A stretch of 63,814 nt of DNA, counting the filler, from Phoronis australis (taxonomy: Eukaryota > Animalia > Phoronida): NCBI GenBank assembly GCA_002633005.1. It is 5 parts of 5 records of this genome, joined end to end, with 100 filler letters (N's around TTAATTAATTAA, not from the genome) between each part and the next. Parts side by side here need not be neighbours in the genome. Positions count along the whole stretch, not along the records: positions 11,637 to 27,290 come from NMRA01001036.1; 4 more parts are not named here. One strand, 5' to 3'. Every line of letters begins with the position of its first letter. The first letter of the stretch is position 1. Shown one piece after another: positions 11,703 through 24,032 of this stretch. The notes beneath the pieces are model-generated. The model searched no databases. It was not told the origin of the DNA and saw only the letters and a list, made by a program, of their open reading frames with translations. Made by a program: the position numbers and the translations under genes.

Positions 11703-12954
11703 GTCAACCACCTTGCTTCTTTGGGTGGCACAGGAGCAACTCAGATTGTTCGTAGAATAATGGCTTGCATTATGAGCAACAGCCTTGCTTGCTCTTATAA
11801 TTTCTTTGGAAAGGGTCAAAAACAGTCCTTCTCTAGGCTAGGACTTTGTGGAGTTGTGACAGGTAGAGCTTTAGTATATTATAATTCTTAAGGCCTGTTT
11901 AAAAGACTGAAAGACTTTGACAGAAAGCTATATGCCATTGTCAGTCAAACTTTGATGAACTTCTTGTCCTCATTATTTGACAGTTAAATTGAACTTCTGT
12001 AGCCAACAAATTATATTTTTGTCCAACGTAAGCCTGAGTTTGATATGACGTTATTGTTTTTTGCTGCTTTGTTGTTTATTTTTAAACTGAAGTAAAAAGT
12101 AAGTTATTGTGATTTTGGTTATGTGCGTGGAGGAATCCCTGTTGCTGTTTTGTCGAAATTAGCTAGAATTAAAATTATTTTAAAAGAAATGTTAAGTTAC
12201 ATTTTAGTGGGTCAAAGTTTCCTCCATTTTTCACAGTCTAGTTTAAAACTACTGTACTAATTATTTTTTTGAATAAGCATCCCTCCAATATTCCTTTATT
12301 ATGAATAAAAATGTCACAAGAATTATTGTTTATGTATGTAGAATATTTGTGAACTTAAACTTCAAGTTACTTGTTTCTCAAAATATCTATCTTGTTTGTG
12401 CTGCATTATTGGCGATGTCTGCCTGCACTCGTGGGATGTGAGGGGTAATAACTATGTACTTTTCTATAAGATTGATTTGTTCATAATTTACCAATAATAT
12501 TTTATTTTTCTTTAAAATTTAAGGATGCATCTAAGTCTTCGGGTTTAAAGGTGGCAGAAACGGAAAACCATTTGAAAAGATGGCTGAAGTATGCCAGTGA
12601 CAGAGACGGTGGCAGAAAAAGAAGGCAACAAACAGGTAAGCAGCAATTATATATGTTTCAAAATTGATAAAATGAAATGACAAACCTTTTTTAGTGTTAT
12701 AGCGGAAGGTGATTGGTTCAACTTCAATAAAAATTACTCTTAATAGGGAGTAGTTTAGTTTTCATAGCAGCCTAAACCTAAAATAAAGTTTTCTAAAAGT
12801 GAAACTAAAAACCTCAACATATTTTGGTGAAAAGGATTTGTTTGATGTGAATTCAAAACTTCATTTCATGTAGCTTTTGTTGTTTGCAGGGAATGCTGTG
12901 CTGGTTTTAGATGCTGTCGAAGACCTAAGTAGTGACCAAGAAGACACGGAGTGA
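11703..12954 (+). CDS. 3' exons of a DUF4806-like protein (11703-11862, about 12524-12635, 12890-12954); possibly decayed
   Basis: VNHLASLGGTGATQIVRRIMACIMSNSLACSYNFFGKGQKQSFSRL, then ENHLKRWLKYASDRDGGRKRR, then an acidic tail to TGA. GT-AG sites present. The exon 1-2 junction is one base out of phase; exon 2-3 is in phase. Confidence 0.75.
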
Positions 12955-13743
12955 TCCTGTTGTGAAAATATCCTCGGCAAAACTATATAAAACTTTAAAT
13001 GATGATTTCGTAGAGTAGCTTTTTATACTTGAATATAAATATTTCGCATTTTATTAAACTTGAAGATCTTATTGTTATAGACTGGTCCAAGTTTTAAATT
13101 TTAGTAAGTCTGAAAATTTATACACCTCGGAGCCAGTATTGATGACAGATGTTAACTAGCATCAAATCCTTCAACATTTGTAAGAATATACTTTTTGGGT
13201 TGTTTGATTGTTTAAAATCACAGTTGTTAACTACTTGCTATTTCATTGGTCATTTAGGCACATAATTGTATTTTAGTCTATTGATTTACATGTCGTGTCC
13301 AGTGCTTTTCACACTGCCCCTTGGATCCATGTTTAAGTATCCTGGAAAGTTTTGCACTTCATGGGTGAAGTTTTTCTTTCAGTACTTATAATATTCGGCA
13401 CATTTCTCATGGAAGTCACTATACCAGGCTTGCTATAAATTTACATATTCTAGGTTATAATGAGATATTGCATCTTTATAAGTTCTTTTCAATGCTATTA
13501 GTATATTTTTCAGATTTATTTCATCATTAACCATTTCTGGTATTCATCATTTCTGGTATTGACATACTTTAATAAAATGGTAAAAGAACAGGGGAATGTT
13601 TTAAATGAGACACTGCCTGCTGTCAAGTTAAAATTTTCTGTGCATATCGTGATGTTGTCGCCACACATTGGTTGCGTGGCTGTTACTGCTGTTAACGTGT
13701 TCTTCATGTAGAGGCGACTGTTGACCAGTCTTTGATTTTTTAA

Positions 13744-13838
13744 CCACGTGCTTTTTCCGCCTGCTCTGATAGATGACATCCAGATTTAATCCTTAAGCCA
13801 ATATCTCATCTACGGGAGCAGGCGGAAAAAGCGTGTGG
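13744..13838. repeat. Inverted repeat / long hairpin
   Basis: GCTTTTTCCGCCTGCTC pairs perfectly with GAGCAGGCGGAAAAAGC (17 bp); imperfect pairing extends on both sides. Confidence 0.85.
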
Positions 13839-13857
13839 CTGAAAAGTTAATGGTCGG

Positions 13858-14150
13858 TGCTATGTTGGCAAACAGTCGTCACTAAGTTGGTGCTACGCTG
13901 GCAAACAGTCGCCTTTAAGTTGGTGCGACGTTGGCAAACAGTTGTCTTTTAGTTGGTGTGACGTTGGCTCACAGTCGCCTCTCAGTTGGGTTGACGTTGG
14001 CAAGCAGTTGCCTTTTAGTTGGTGCGACGTTGGCGAACAGTCGCCTCTTAGTTGGGGTGACGTCGGTAAACAGTTGCTTGTAGGGTGGCGCGACGTCGAT
14101 GAGGGGTCGGAATTGAATTGGCGCGACGTCGGTAAAAGGTCGCCTTTCCA
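13858..14150. repeat. 33-bp tandem array, about 9 units (EnSpm subterminal repeats)
   Basis: Consensus about TGCGACGTTGGCAAACAGTCGCCTTTAAGTTGG, decaying into shorter GACGTCGG/ACGTTGG motifs toward 14320. Confidence 0.9.
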
Positions 14151-17100
14151 CCGTCGGCCCCAGGTCGTGCAGTCGGACCAACGTCGGTTCACCGGCTGCC
14201 CGACTGCGACGTAGTTACGACGTTGTTACGACGTTCATCCGATGGACAAAAGCACGTTGGTCCGACGTCAGAAACCAACGTTGGCCCGAGCTGTCGGACC
14301 GGCGTCGGACCACCGTCAGCATGCGATCTGGGTTATAGATGGCGATTTTCACATGATATATGCGAAGTAGTGGCTCTCCCCAGACAGAGGGCCTTTTAAG
14401 TTTACTAACCCAAACCACCTCCTCTTTCGTTAACCTACATCGTATTGACAAGGTTGAGTAAATTGACGTCCAGAATATTGAGTACAGTATGAGGGTTACC
14501 TGGCAAAGTACACCTTGCATGTACATGTAAGTTGGTCTGATTCATGCTGTTTCAGTCAGTCTAACAAATAAGTGCACTTTCCTTTAACTTCTTCTTGCAG
14601 TGTCAGCTGACCGTGCCAGCAAATTCTTACCCTGCGTAGCCTCCGTTGTGATGGCGATGATCTACACTACCGGATAAAGCTCCAAGGCACGACACACGGC
14701 CTCTGTGTGAATTGCAATTTGCATACTCTGTATATTTCCACCATCGGAGGTCAAAATTTTTTCGGCATTATATTCTGGAGGCTTCATCAAAATGCCCGTT
14801 TTGTGTACTGGTTTTATAACGGGTTTTGTTTTTACCAACGTGAAAGTTCCTTTGTTTGTTTGATGTTCAGGTGTTAGTTGTTTGATAAAGTGTTAGTTGT
14901 TATTAGAATTTAGTGTTGGCGTTCTGCTTTTTACCAATCCATTTATGCAGGCTACAAGTTAATTTACACCTTTTGGATTTCTTGCTAGATGACTTTTTGG
15001 CGTTTGGTGTTGACGTTGATATTTCTTCAAGCGTTAAAATTTGAAATAAAATTCATAGATGTAAACACCATTCTTCTAAGTGGTTTTGAGGAATCTCGGA
15101 TTTTATGAAGTCATTTTGCATCAACTACGCGGATGATACAATACACATGTGACGAAGGTACCTTCATCGTAGCTCATTTCTGAATCTGTGCACGTTCGGA
15201 TTATGGGAGACGCGTCCAACTTTTCTGCCCGGCTATCAAAATTGTTAAACTTACGGTAAACCTACACATGTGCGGCAAAAATCTCGAAAATTCCGTCCTT
15301 TCCCATATTTGGACGCTACGTCTAATTTCTAGTGGACGTTGGTCTCAAATAGTCGCGCAGACCAAAATCTGAATCAAGAATTGATCATGCATTAACGTCA
15401 TGTTTTTGAGCGTCCAGTGGTATTAAATTTCGGGAAACGAATAGGGAATTACACTTTTCTTAAAAACAGCCATTTTTTGATCTCAAGATTGCAAACCTTT
15501 TTGCCGATGATCTTCACGTTTAAGGTTACATATGCTCATAGCCCCACAAAATGCTTATTTTTTACAAACACTGGATATTCCCGAAGCAGCCCCCATTGGG
15601 TTTTTGTTGTTTTGTTTTGTGATAAATACCTCTATCACAAAGGCTGTAACAAACACACAAGATTTGTGTGAAAGCATCATTTCAATCTAATAAACTATAT
15701 CACAATTGCAAAACCTACAAACACAATCAGCTATCTAATGTTCATTTTCAGGGGTCTTCGTCTCTATCCAATGTTCATTTCAAAACTACATTTTTTCAAA
15801 AGGCGTGGTGATGGTGTTAGGAGTATACGTAATCTTATGGATGCTTTGTCTCATTAAAACCGTGAATATTCAAATTCGTACCAAGAGCCACCCAGAGACT
15901 AGCGGGAGAACTGCAGCATTATCAGGAAAACAAACACTATGTAAATAAACTTCAGTTTTCAAGAAAACTCCTCAACTAAAAACGAGTACACACACATAGA
16001 ATATCTAATAATTCGAAATAGTAGAGTAGATCAATATTTCATAGCCTTGTTTCATTAGGGTGACGATGAAATATTACCATACTCATTTACATAAAAACAA
16101 AGGATACGTTTGCAAGATTGAAACTGTAACTGGTACCTGAATGGCTTCCGGCACACCGGAAGATCCGGGGTTATTTGTAAAGTAGTACTTTGTTTGCATA
16201 CCTACAATTTAATGAGACATACCATCTTTGATGTCCCGGGGGAATATCCGCGTGGTGAGGCTTCACATTCCGCAACACTACTTGCAGGATAATTTATCAA
16301 TGTCACCAATGAAACCACTTGAACGAGAGGTAAGGAATACATCCAAGTTAACCTTTAAAAATGTGTATAAGCATCCACTGTGTGTCGTGGAATGTGTCAC
16401 ATCAAGAAGTTTGAGCATATCCGATAACTGAATTAGTTAAACATGTAATAAACTAAACCTTGTTGGTTGGCAGCTTCAAATTTAGTTCGACACTTACACG
16501 TGTATTTGTAAAACTAGGTCCAGTTGCATAAACGTTTTACGCTTAATTGCAACGATGACGTGGCATTATCACGTGACACGTTGTTATTTTTTGTACAATG
16601 CACCAGACGTCATCCAACGACCAAACTGATCCAGCGGATAATTTTGAAATGTAATGCAACACAGCCCTGAAGTTAAGCACATCTTTTAACACATTTTGCT
16701 AGACGGCTTTGACAGAAATATTGTTATTGTGGACTGAGTTGCAACAGTTCAATTCTTACCACCCCAATGTGACTAAACTTCCATAATAAAGACCCAATAT
16801 ATTGTTCCTGAAATCATTGTCTCGAATCTGTCTCATTTGTAATTCGTATTCTTTCAAGCGAAGTGATATTCAACAAATCGGGTGCCGGAATTAAAATAAA
16901 GTTTGAACTATCAGTTAACAAAAACAAGGTTTTCCGTATAAATGAAATGGATTGCTTTCTTTTTGAGACGCGATTGTTACTCTGAAAGAACATTATCCAG
17001 GCTTTATATGAGGAGCGTCGACCCTTCGAAGACTCATTGCTCAGGGTATTGTGCTTTTTCCTAGTACACTTGTTAATTTTAATACCTTGCAACAAATTCG

Positions 17101-17659
17101 TCATCAAGTCTGTACGTTACCATAAGCTACATCTACTCTAGTAGCACGCGCCACTGGTTGTCCACCTTGCCTATATGGACCTGCCCTTTTTCGTGCGATT
17201 GCTTAACTGGCACTTCCATTGTACTGTAGAGCTGATAAGGTGAGCCTACAGTGGATTAAGGATTTGAAAATCAAAAAGATTACTTGATACATATATCTAC
17301 AGTCAGGGGTGTTTAAGGAAAAAAACCCTCTCGCACAAAATCACTGCATGACACTTTAAAAATAAGCTACCAAATTTTGAGGTTTTCAAAATTAGCTGCT
17401 TTAATGCGTATGAATTTGAAAGTGCCGCGTCTTCAATCCACCAGGCCATGTCTATTTAAAACGGATTTTTCTGAACACATTTTTCCACTGTTGTCTTTTC
17501 AGCACTTAAAAAGCTCTTCATATTGCTGAAATGCTACGACAAAGATAAAGCATATTAACTGAAATTATGAACGCAAGTAAAAATAGGGGTCAATCATCAA
17601 TTCTGGGAAAATTGGGTCAGGCATCTAAAACCGAAACCCTTAATTAATTTTAAGCAAAA

Positions 17660-19050
17660 TCAGTTACTGTTACACGCGCAGAGTACAGTTGTTCCTAGGT
17701 TTTCTTCAATTTTATAACTCTGCCCTTGTAGGCGCAAAGTACTGTTGTTCCTGGGTTTTCTTCAATTTTATTCTTACTCTTGTTCTTGTTACTCAGCGTG
17801 TGCAAGCGCAGAGTACTGTTGTTCCTGGGTTTTTTTCCGATTTTATTCTTCTTCTTATTCTTCTTATTCTTCTTCAGACCAACTTCGAGGCTTAATAACT
17901 CCAAAATGGGTGCAGGTTTTTTCTTTCAATTCTGCAGTTGATTTTAGGCAGTACATAAATTTTAATTCGTTATGTAATCATATTCCACGTTGCAGCAGAA
18001 GAGATCATTTGATGCAAAGGTCATATAATTTTCAAAATGCTAATCCTTCAGTATTAAACCTATCTTTTTCAAATTCGGTGCAGAGGTATAAGTCAACATG
18101 TCAATTTAAAACATTAGTTTTCTAAGTAATCGAATCATCATTCAGATAAAACAGGTCAAAGGTCATCATGTGCAAACTATGAATTTTGAGCTAGGCTCTT
18201 CAAATTCACAAGTCTGATTGGTACATCTAATTCAATTCGACGTACAAAGTTTCAGGTCATTTAGTGCAACTATGGGGTCATTAGGTGCATCTTTCTTCCG
18301 AAAATTAGTCCTTTTCATTCACCAAGTATTCTGATGTGTGCACCGTTAGACAACTGTGATTCTCAGCATTAAGCACACTTTTCACGGGCTTTGCAATAAT
18401 TCTCTTAAGTGTGCTCATAATGCGCTGCATAGGGTCACTTATTGCAAAGGTCTTCTAACGTTCAAAATTTTATATCTCCTACATTTTTCAAGGAATTCTT
18501 TTCAATTTCAGCACACTGGTGTAAGTCAACGTGCCAATGGAAAACCCTACTTTACTACGCGATAGGCCTAACCAATCAGAAAAATAGGTCGAACGTCATT
18601 GAGTGCAGACTAAAAAATGAGCTAGATATTTCAAAATTACAAATATGTTTAATTAATGCGATCGAGTTTTAATTCTAATTTTTTCAGGTCATTTGGTGCA
18701 TCCATGGTGTCATTGGGTGCATATTTCTTCTGAAAGTTTGACCAATTTATTCATCTTGTATTCTGAACTGCTTAAAGACAAACATCTGTGATTCTTAGCA
18801 TTAGCCAGACTTTTAATGGAGTTTACAATTATTCTCTCATAGGGGCTCATACTGCACCGGAGGGGGACAATTAGTGGAATTGTTATCTAAATATTAACAT
18901 GTAATTTCCGCTACAATTTTAAAGAATTCCTTTTCATATTGGTAAACGCACAGAATCCAATCTTTCCAGTTAATGGTACATGTATGTTACTCTTACTGGT
19001 GTGAGGGGCGCGCCCTCGCTTTGTGAATTATAGTTGACTCTTCTTATAGG
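17660..19050 (+). mobile_element. Probable non-autonomous Helentron/HINE-like repeat
   Basis: Triplicated 5' motif GCGCAGAGTAC.GTTGTTCCTGGGTTT, TTC/TTA microsatellite, diverged internal tandem repeat of about 430 bp, and GC hairpin GAGGGGCGCGCCCTC near the 3' end. Confidence 0.4.
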
Positions 19051-20480
19051 GGTGTTCCATTACGTCACATCTGTTTTAGACTCATCCTAACGTGCATTAT
19101 TTTGGTCTATAAAAAGCCATGCACTAGTAATTTTGGCGGGCTGTCTGGGGTCTTGAATCCGATCCAAGCTCAAGTTCAGGATCAGAATGAGGGACGTGTT
19201 ATCAGTCTCCTGGTTTTTACTAAATAATATGTTCAGTAGTTTTGTTTTCCATAACCATTGCTTGTAATTTACGCAGACAATAATAATTAACAAATGTATT
19301 CTATTCTATTCAAAGCAACCGAATGTCTATCCGTCAGCTCGACACCGGCGGTCATTCAAAACACATAAAAACACATAAAAACACAATCCTACACTCGTCT
19401 CAGGTTTATGACAAGGGCAATCCTCTTGGAAATTCCGACAAAATCACATGAAAAATCAAATTGACCAGTTCTCTTTACCGAAAATTTCGGCGTGTCTAAA
19501 ATTTTCAACCACTGGACGCAAGTATTGTAAAAACACACTTGCGCAACATTAACTGATTCAGTTACATTTTGTTAATGGTTTTATCTTATGCTTGAACAGT
19601 TTTAAATTGCATTCAGATTTCGTATTAAATATTCAAATCAGAATCTAATCAATAGTCTTTGAACTTGTAATATTAAAACTTGAAAAATGTTTAAAAATCA
19701 CAGTAATCAAGGCTTTCCCGCTCGCGAGCAGGGACATACGCCTTGAGGCAGCACAACTAGGCTATCGCACGTTTCTTGATTTGGGGTTTGTCTCCGCTTG
19801 AATAAACATGGATATGGGATTTGCCGCCAAAGATGGGACCGTGTAAGAAGTTCTTTGCATGTCTTTCCGTCTGAGAGTACGTCGTACTGTTAGTTGAAAT
19901 TAGTTGAACTGACTTATCCCAAGTTATCTCAAACTTACCTGCTTACCACCACTACCGCTGTTGTCCTTGAACATAGTTTAGATGACAGGTGCTTGCCCCA
20001 CTTTCAACGATCATCTCAAACGGTCAAACCAACTAATTCAATCATTTGTAACGCCTTCTAAACTATAACTGTTATTGCAACCGTGGTGCTAACTGTTGTC
20101 AAATGTGAACAGCTGTCTGTTATCAAATGATTACATGAGTCTACTCCGACTTCTCTTAATCATAGGCAGTCTTGTTGATTTTTTTAAATTAATCAAAAAT
20201 AAACTTTTCTGCATTAACCATCTGAAGTATTACAATCATTTTTAGAAGAAAGACCGGCGAATGAGTGACCGTTGGGCACAGTGCTAAAACGTTTGTTCAC
20301 GAATGAAGCCTAATTATTGATAAAAACATGACAAAAGCGGAGACGGGAATTATTTAAAAGGAAATCAAAAGCAAAGTCAGTCAATAGGCCAAGTTTAAAC
20401 CAGGAAGCGATTTTTGTTACGAAAATTCTTTATTTGATATATCTGAACATGTTATAGCAACTTCAGAGAAAATATCACAG

Positions 20481-21060
20481 ATATTCAAGAAAACAACAAC
20501 AGTTTTAAAGCTTGACATGTATCGGTTTCATTTATTAAACACCATCCTCAGCAGTGATAATACAGTGGCCACCTTGCTAGGCCCAGCAACAAGTAATGAA
20601 GCACAGATACAGTCAGTTACAGGGAGTGACAATGTACTAAACCAACAATGACAACCTGAGGTGTGTCAGTTGCCTATTGAGATTGGGCTTGCACCATCTG
20701 ATGTGTAAAGCCTCACGAATTTTAAGCTCCTTTGTTGTTAATGCCTGGTCTATTATTGCAAAGTCGTTGAAAGATCACTGCTGATAACAATGATTGGAGC
20801 TCTGTAGGTGAATTTTTACATGTGAATTTCTTTCAGAATTTAGATGTTCCTTGGTCCTGGTTATCAAATGGCAGTTCCGCCTATATAACAGGAGCCACTT
20901 CCAGCACAGATAAAATTGTATACTACCTTGGAGCGTAGACCCATAGAAACTTTGGCCTTAGGGTTAAAGAAACTCGACAGTTTTAGAGACTTGAATGTTA
21001 ATACAACTCTTAAGTTCACAAAGTAATCATTCACCAAACCGTTGTTGTTTTCTTGAATAT
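20481..21060 (-). mobile_element. Penelope-like element 3' fragment (GIY-YIG endonuclease remnant)
   Basis: Minus strand reads LRSKVVYNFICAGSGSCYIGGT...TRTKEHL...LKIREALHIRWCKPN with lesions. Bounded by a perfect 20-bp inverted repeat (20481-20500 / 21041-21060). Confidence 0.8.
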
Positions 21061-21652
21061 ATGCTGCTACTTCCTATCATGGAAATATCAGATTGTCAAA
21101 ACACATCCACACAGGGTGTAAAGTCTTCTTTCACAAAATGAGTTTGTGGAAAATTCGCTCCTCTTTCACAAAATGTGTTTATGGAAAATTCGCCAACTCG
21201 TTATATAGTGAATCAATGCTAGAACGGTTGTTTCAGTGTTTTGCGGACGATAAAATGTAAGGTGTTTGGCTTTGTACTCTGCACTACTTTGTGATTTGCC
21301 CATGTAATATCAAGAATTGAATACTCGGTGTTATTAACCACTGGTGTCGTAACGCATTCGAGGTCATGGAAGAAAAAACTCCTTACTCAAATTACAAGAG
21401 TTGTCTGAGTTTCGAATGTTCATTATTGCTCGATGCCATCATTGCTTCATGAATTTACACGCATGGACAGGACAAGCTATTCAGCACAACCTTAGTTAAT
21501 GACATGCCATTCCTATCCGAATCTAAATGCAGCAATTCTAGTATGATTAAGGAACGGTTTAAGGCCACGTTTATGTGGATGGGCAGCATGTATTTATCAA
21601 AACATGCATTTTTAAAAAATAAAAACGCAAAATAACGCTTTGGCAGAGCATC

Positions 21653-22059
21653 CAGGGCCCGATCTCCAATCTTTTTACTCGAAATGGAACTCGAAATTAG
21701 GTTTGACATTTTCTACTCTACTTTTGGGCGAACTCAAGATAAGTGTCTATTATTCTATGCTCGAGTACACAATAACTTACGTAGATAATTTATTGCCCTT
21801 AGTTCACAGTTTGTTAACCCAATGTTAAAGCAATAAGTTCGAGTTTGAACTCGAAATTTCCAGTTTTTACTCGAGTTTGTATCACGAAAATAAGGGTCTT
21901 CAAGGGCAAACTTGAACTAGAAACTCCTATGCATAAACTATAATGTATTCGAGCACAGTCTGATAATCAATTACCTTAAGTTCGCACAAAAGGAGCAGAG
22001 AAATTGCCAAAAATAGTTTCGAGTTCGTTTCGAGTACAAAGATTAGAGACCGGGCCCTG
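21653..22059. mobile_element. MITE of about 0.4 kb, PIF/Harbinger-like
   Basis: Imperfect TIRs of about 40 bp: CAGGGCCCGATCTCCAATCTTTTTACTCGAAA / TTTCGAGTACAAAGATTAGAGACCGGGCCCTG. Confidence 0.8.
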
Positions 22060-23996
22060 ATGTTCGTAATAAGCTACAGTGGATATTACATTACACAAAG
22101 CAATCACTGACCGTTCATCCCATTCAGCCGCATTGAATTTTGGACTAGTAGTTACTCCCCGTAGTCTGTGGGCCAAATCTCATAGCGTTTATCCTTGTGA
22201 GTACTTTGGATGGGGGGCAACCTAGTTTTTTTCTATGTTTCTAGACAATATACCTATAAATCAAATTCCAAACAGTTCCCACGTCTACACTTCCACATTT
22301 TTTAAACAAATGCGTTTTTGTTGCACGAAGTATTATGCACATTCCTGCCATTTGGTGGAGCTTTTCTAATGAATTGACCAATCAGAGAGCAAGATTGTAT
22401 TGTTGTGCGGAGTAATTTCAATATCGATGCTCCAATGGAGTGTGATGCCTGTATAAATTAAGGTTTATCAAACAGCACAAAATCGTAATGCCTGAACCTG
22501 AAAAAGCTTAGACAAGCATCCTGACAAAAGCTGATGGACTGTGGAACTCTGTAAACCAGTAGATTCATCAGAAGATGAGGTTTCTGTGCAGAAAACAGCT
22601 GCATCTCCTGCATACTGCAAGACCAAGTGTCAGACCAAAAATTGAAAGGACATAGGAAAATATACCAACGTTTCAAGACACAAGCAGCAGTACTAAAGCT
22701 GAAGCATATGAAAGTGATACAGATGTTACCCAAAATTTCCAAAGAATATCGATTAGACTTCCAAAATCTAGAACACCTATAGTAATAGCCGAGATTACCC
22801 GACCTAGGGAATCGAACCAGCGACCCCCATAAAACCGGCAAGCATGCTAACCGTTGAGGTAATAGGCAATTGCCCCTTACCGAGTGACTAACAGAGGCTC
22901 ATATACATGTACATGTATGATTCACCGGAAGCACTTTCACAACACACCCATTTTACCTGAACAAGATAACACGAGTGCATCAGTTGTTAGCAGGAAAATT
23001 ATATTATGGACCACCTTTCAAGAAAGATATAGAAGTAAGAACTTTATATCTTTAAAAAAACAGGTACTTGTTTTTGAAAGGTACATCTTGGTGTTTTCCA
23101 AGTGTTTCAGTATTATTACGAGTTATTTTTTTAATTTGTTCAGTCCCTTGGCTGCCTAGGCCTTAGGGAATCTACCTACCGCTGACACAGTAGATACGGT
23201 GATCATACTATAGGTACTCCGTGTGCCATATGCATTTCGGCAAATTATGCATCACACAGGTTAAACCATAAGTCATGTTGCTATAAATTTAGAAGTACCG
23301 CGTAGAGAGATGCCTCTGAAGAGGCCGTTAATTGTTCTCAATTTACACACATACTCCTGCAATCCTGTTTTTCGAACACTCCCTTGTTCATTTGCCAAAT
23401 CGACTCTGCTTGCGCCAGGGGATAACCATATTGCGTAATACTTTGAGTGTGATTTGAAGCACTTTAAGTCCAAAAAAATTGAGAAAGTTAAATGGAGTAG
23501 ATAGTTGCAAACAACATGCCCAAGTGGCCGTCATCCCTTGCCTTAATGCTGGGATAGGGGGAGCCTCTTCTTATTTTTTGCAAACGTTAATTACTTTGGT
23601 AGCTGCAATGGTAATTAAATTAAAGTGCCTTAGTGGCCAGCGTCCCTTTAGTAATTTGATCACAGTGGAAGCCACTGTCCATTTCGTCAAACGTTGATTA
23701 CCTTAAGAGTAAATCGATTGACTATGGTATGAGCAGCCATCTTACTTGCCGGATGTATACGTGCTATGTTTGCAAAATGTTGCTAGTAAATAGTTACGCC
23801 AAGGGTTATGTCAAGGAACACACATGTAGTCCAATGAAAATATACGGAGTTGGCAGTCCATTTACTATAGACTATGGTAACACCCTCAAGGTGACTTTTC
23901 ACCTATTGACTCTATACATAATGTCTGGCGCGTCCAGATTCACTTATACATGTAGACATACATGTAGTGATCGTAAAATCAATTTCTTATTTACAG

Positions 23997-24032
23997 GAAC
24001 AACTTCTTTGACTGGAATGGGCGGAGCAGGTG
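23997..24032 (+). CDS. Candidate 36-nt phase-1/phase-1 microexon (GTTSLTGMGGAG)
   Basis: TTACAG acceptor and GTATGT donor. A paralog at 26693-26728 keeps the length and splice sites. Confidence 0.45.

Larger units (their letters stand above)
11637..14332 (+). mobile_element. Right portion of an EnSpm/CACTA (CMC)-type DNA transposon
   Basis: DUF4806-like spliced gene, then a long subterminal tandem array ending in GCATGCGATCTGGG (reverse complement CCCAGATCGC), like CCC-ended animal EnSpm elements. Confidence 0.7.

Noticed and set aside
13858-14214. CRISPR-like periodicity and repetitive ORFs 13893-14192, 13942-14214, 13969-14181
   Set aside because: Contiguous degenerate tandem units with no unique spacers and no cas genes, in eukaryotic DNA. 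The ORFs are by-products of the 33-bp period.
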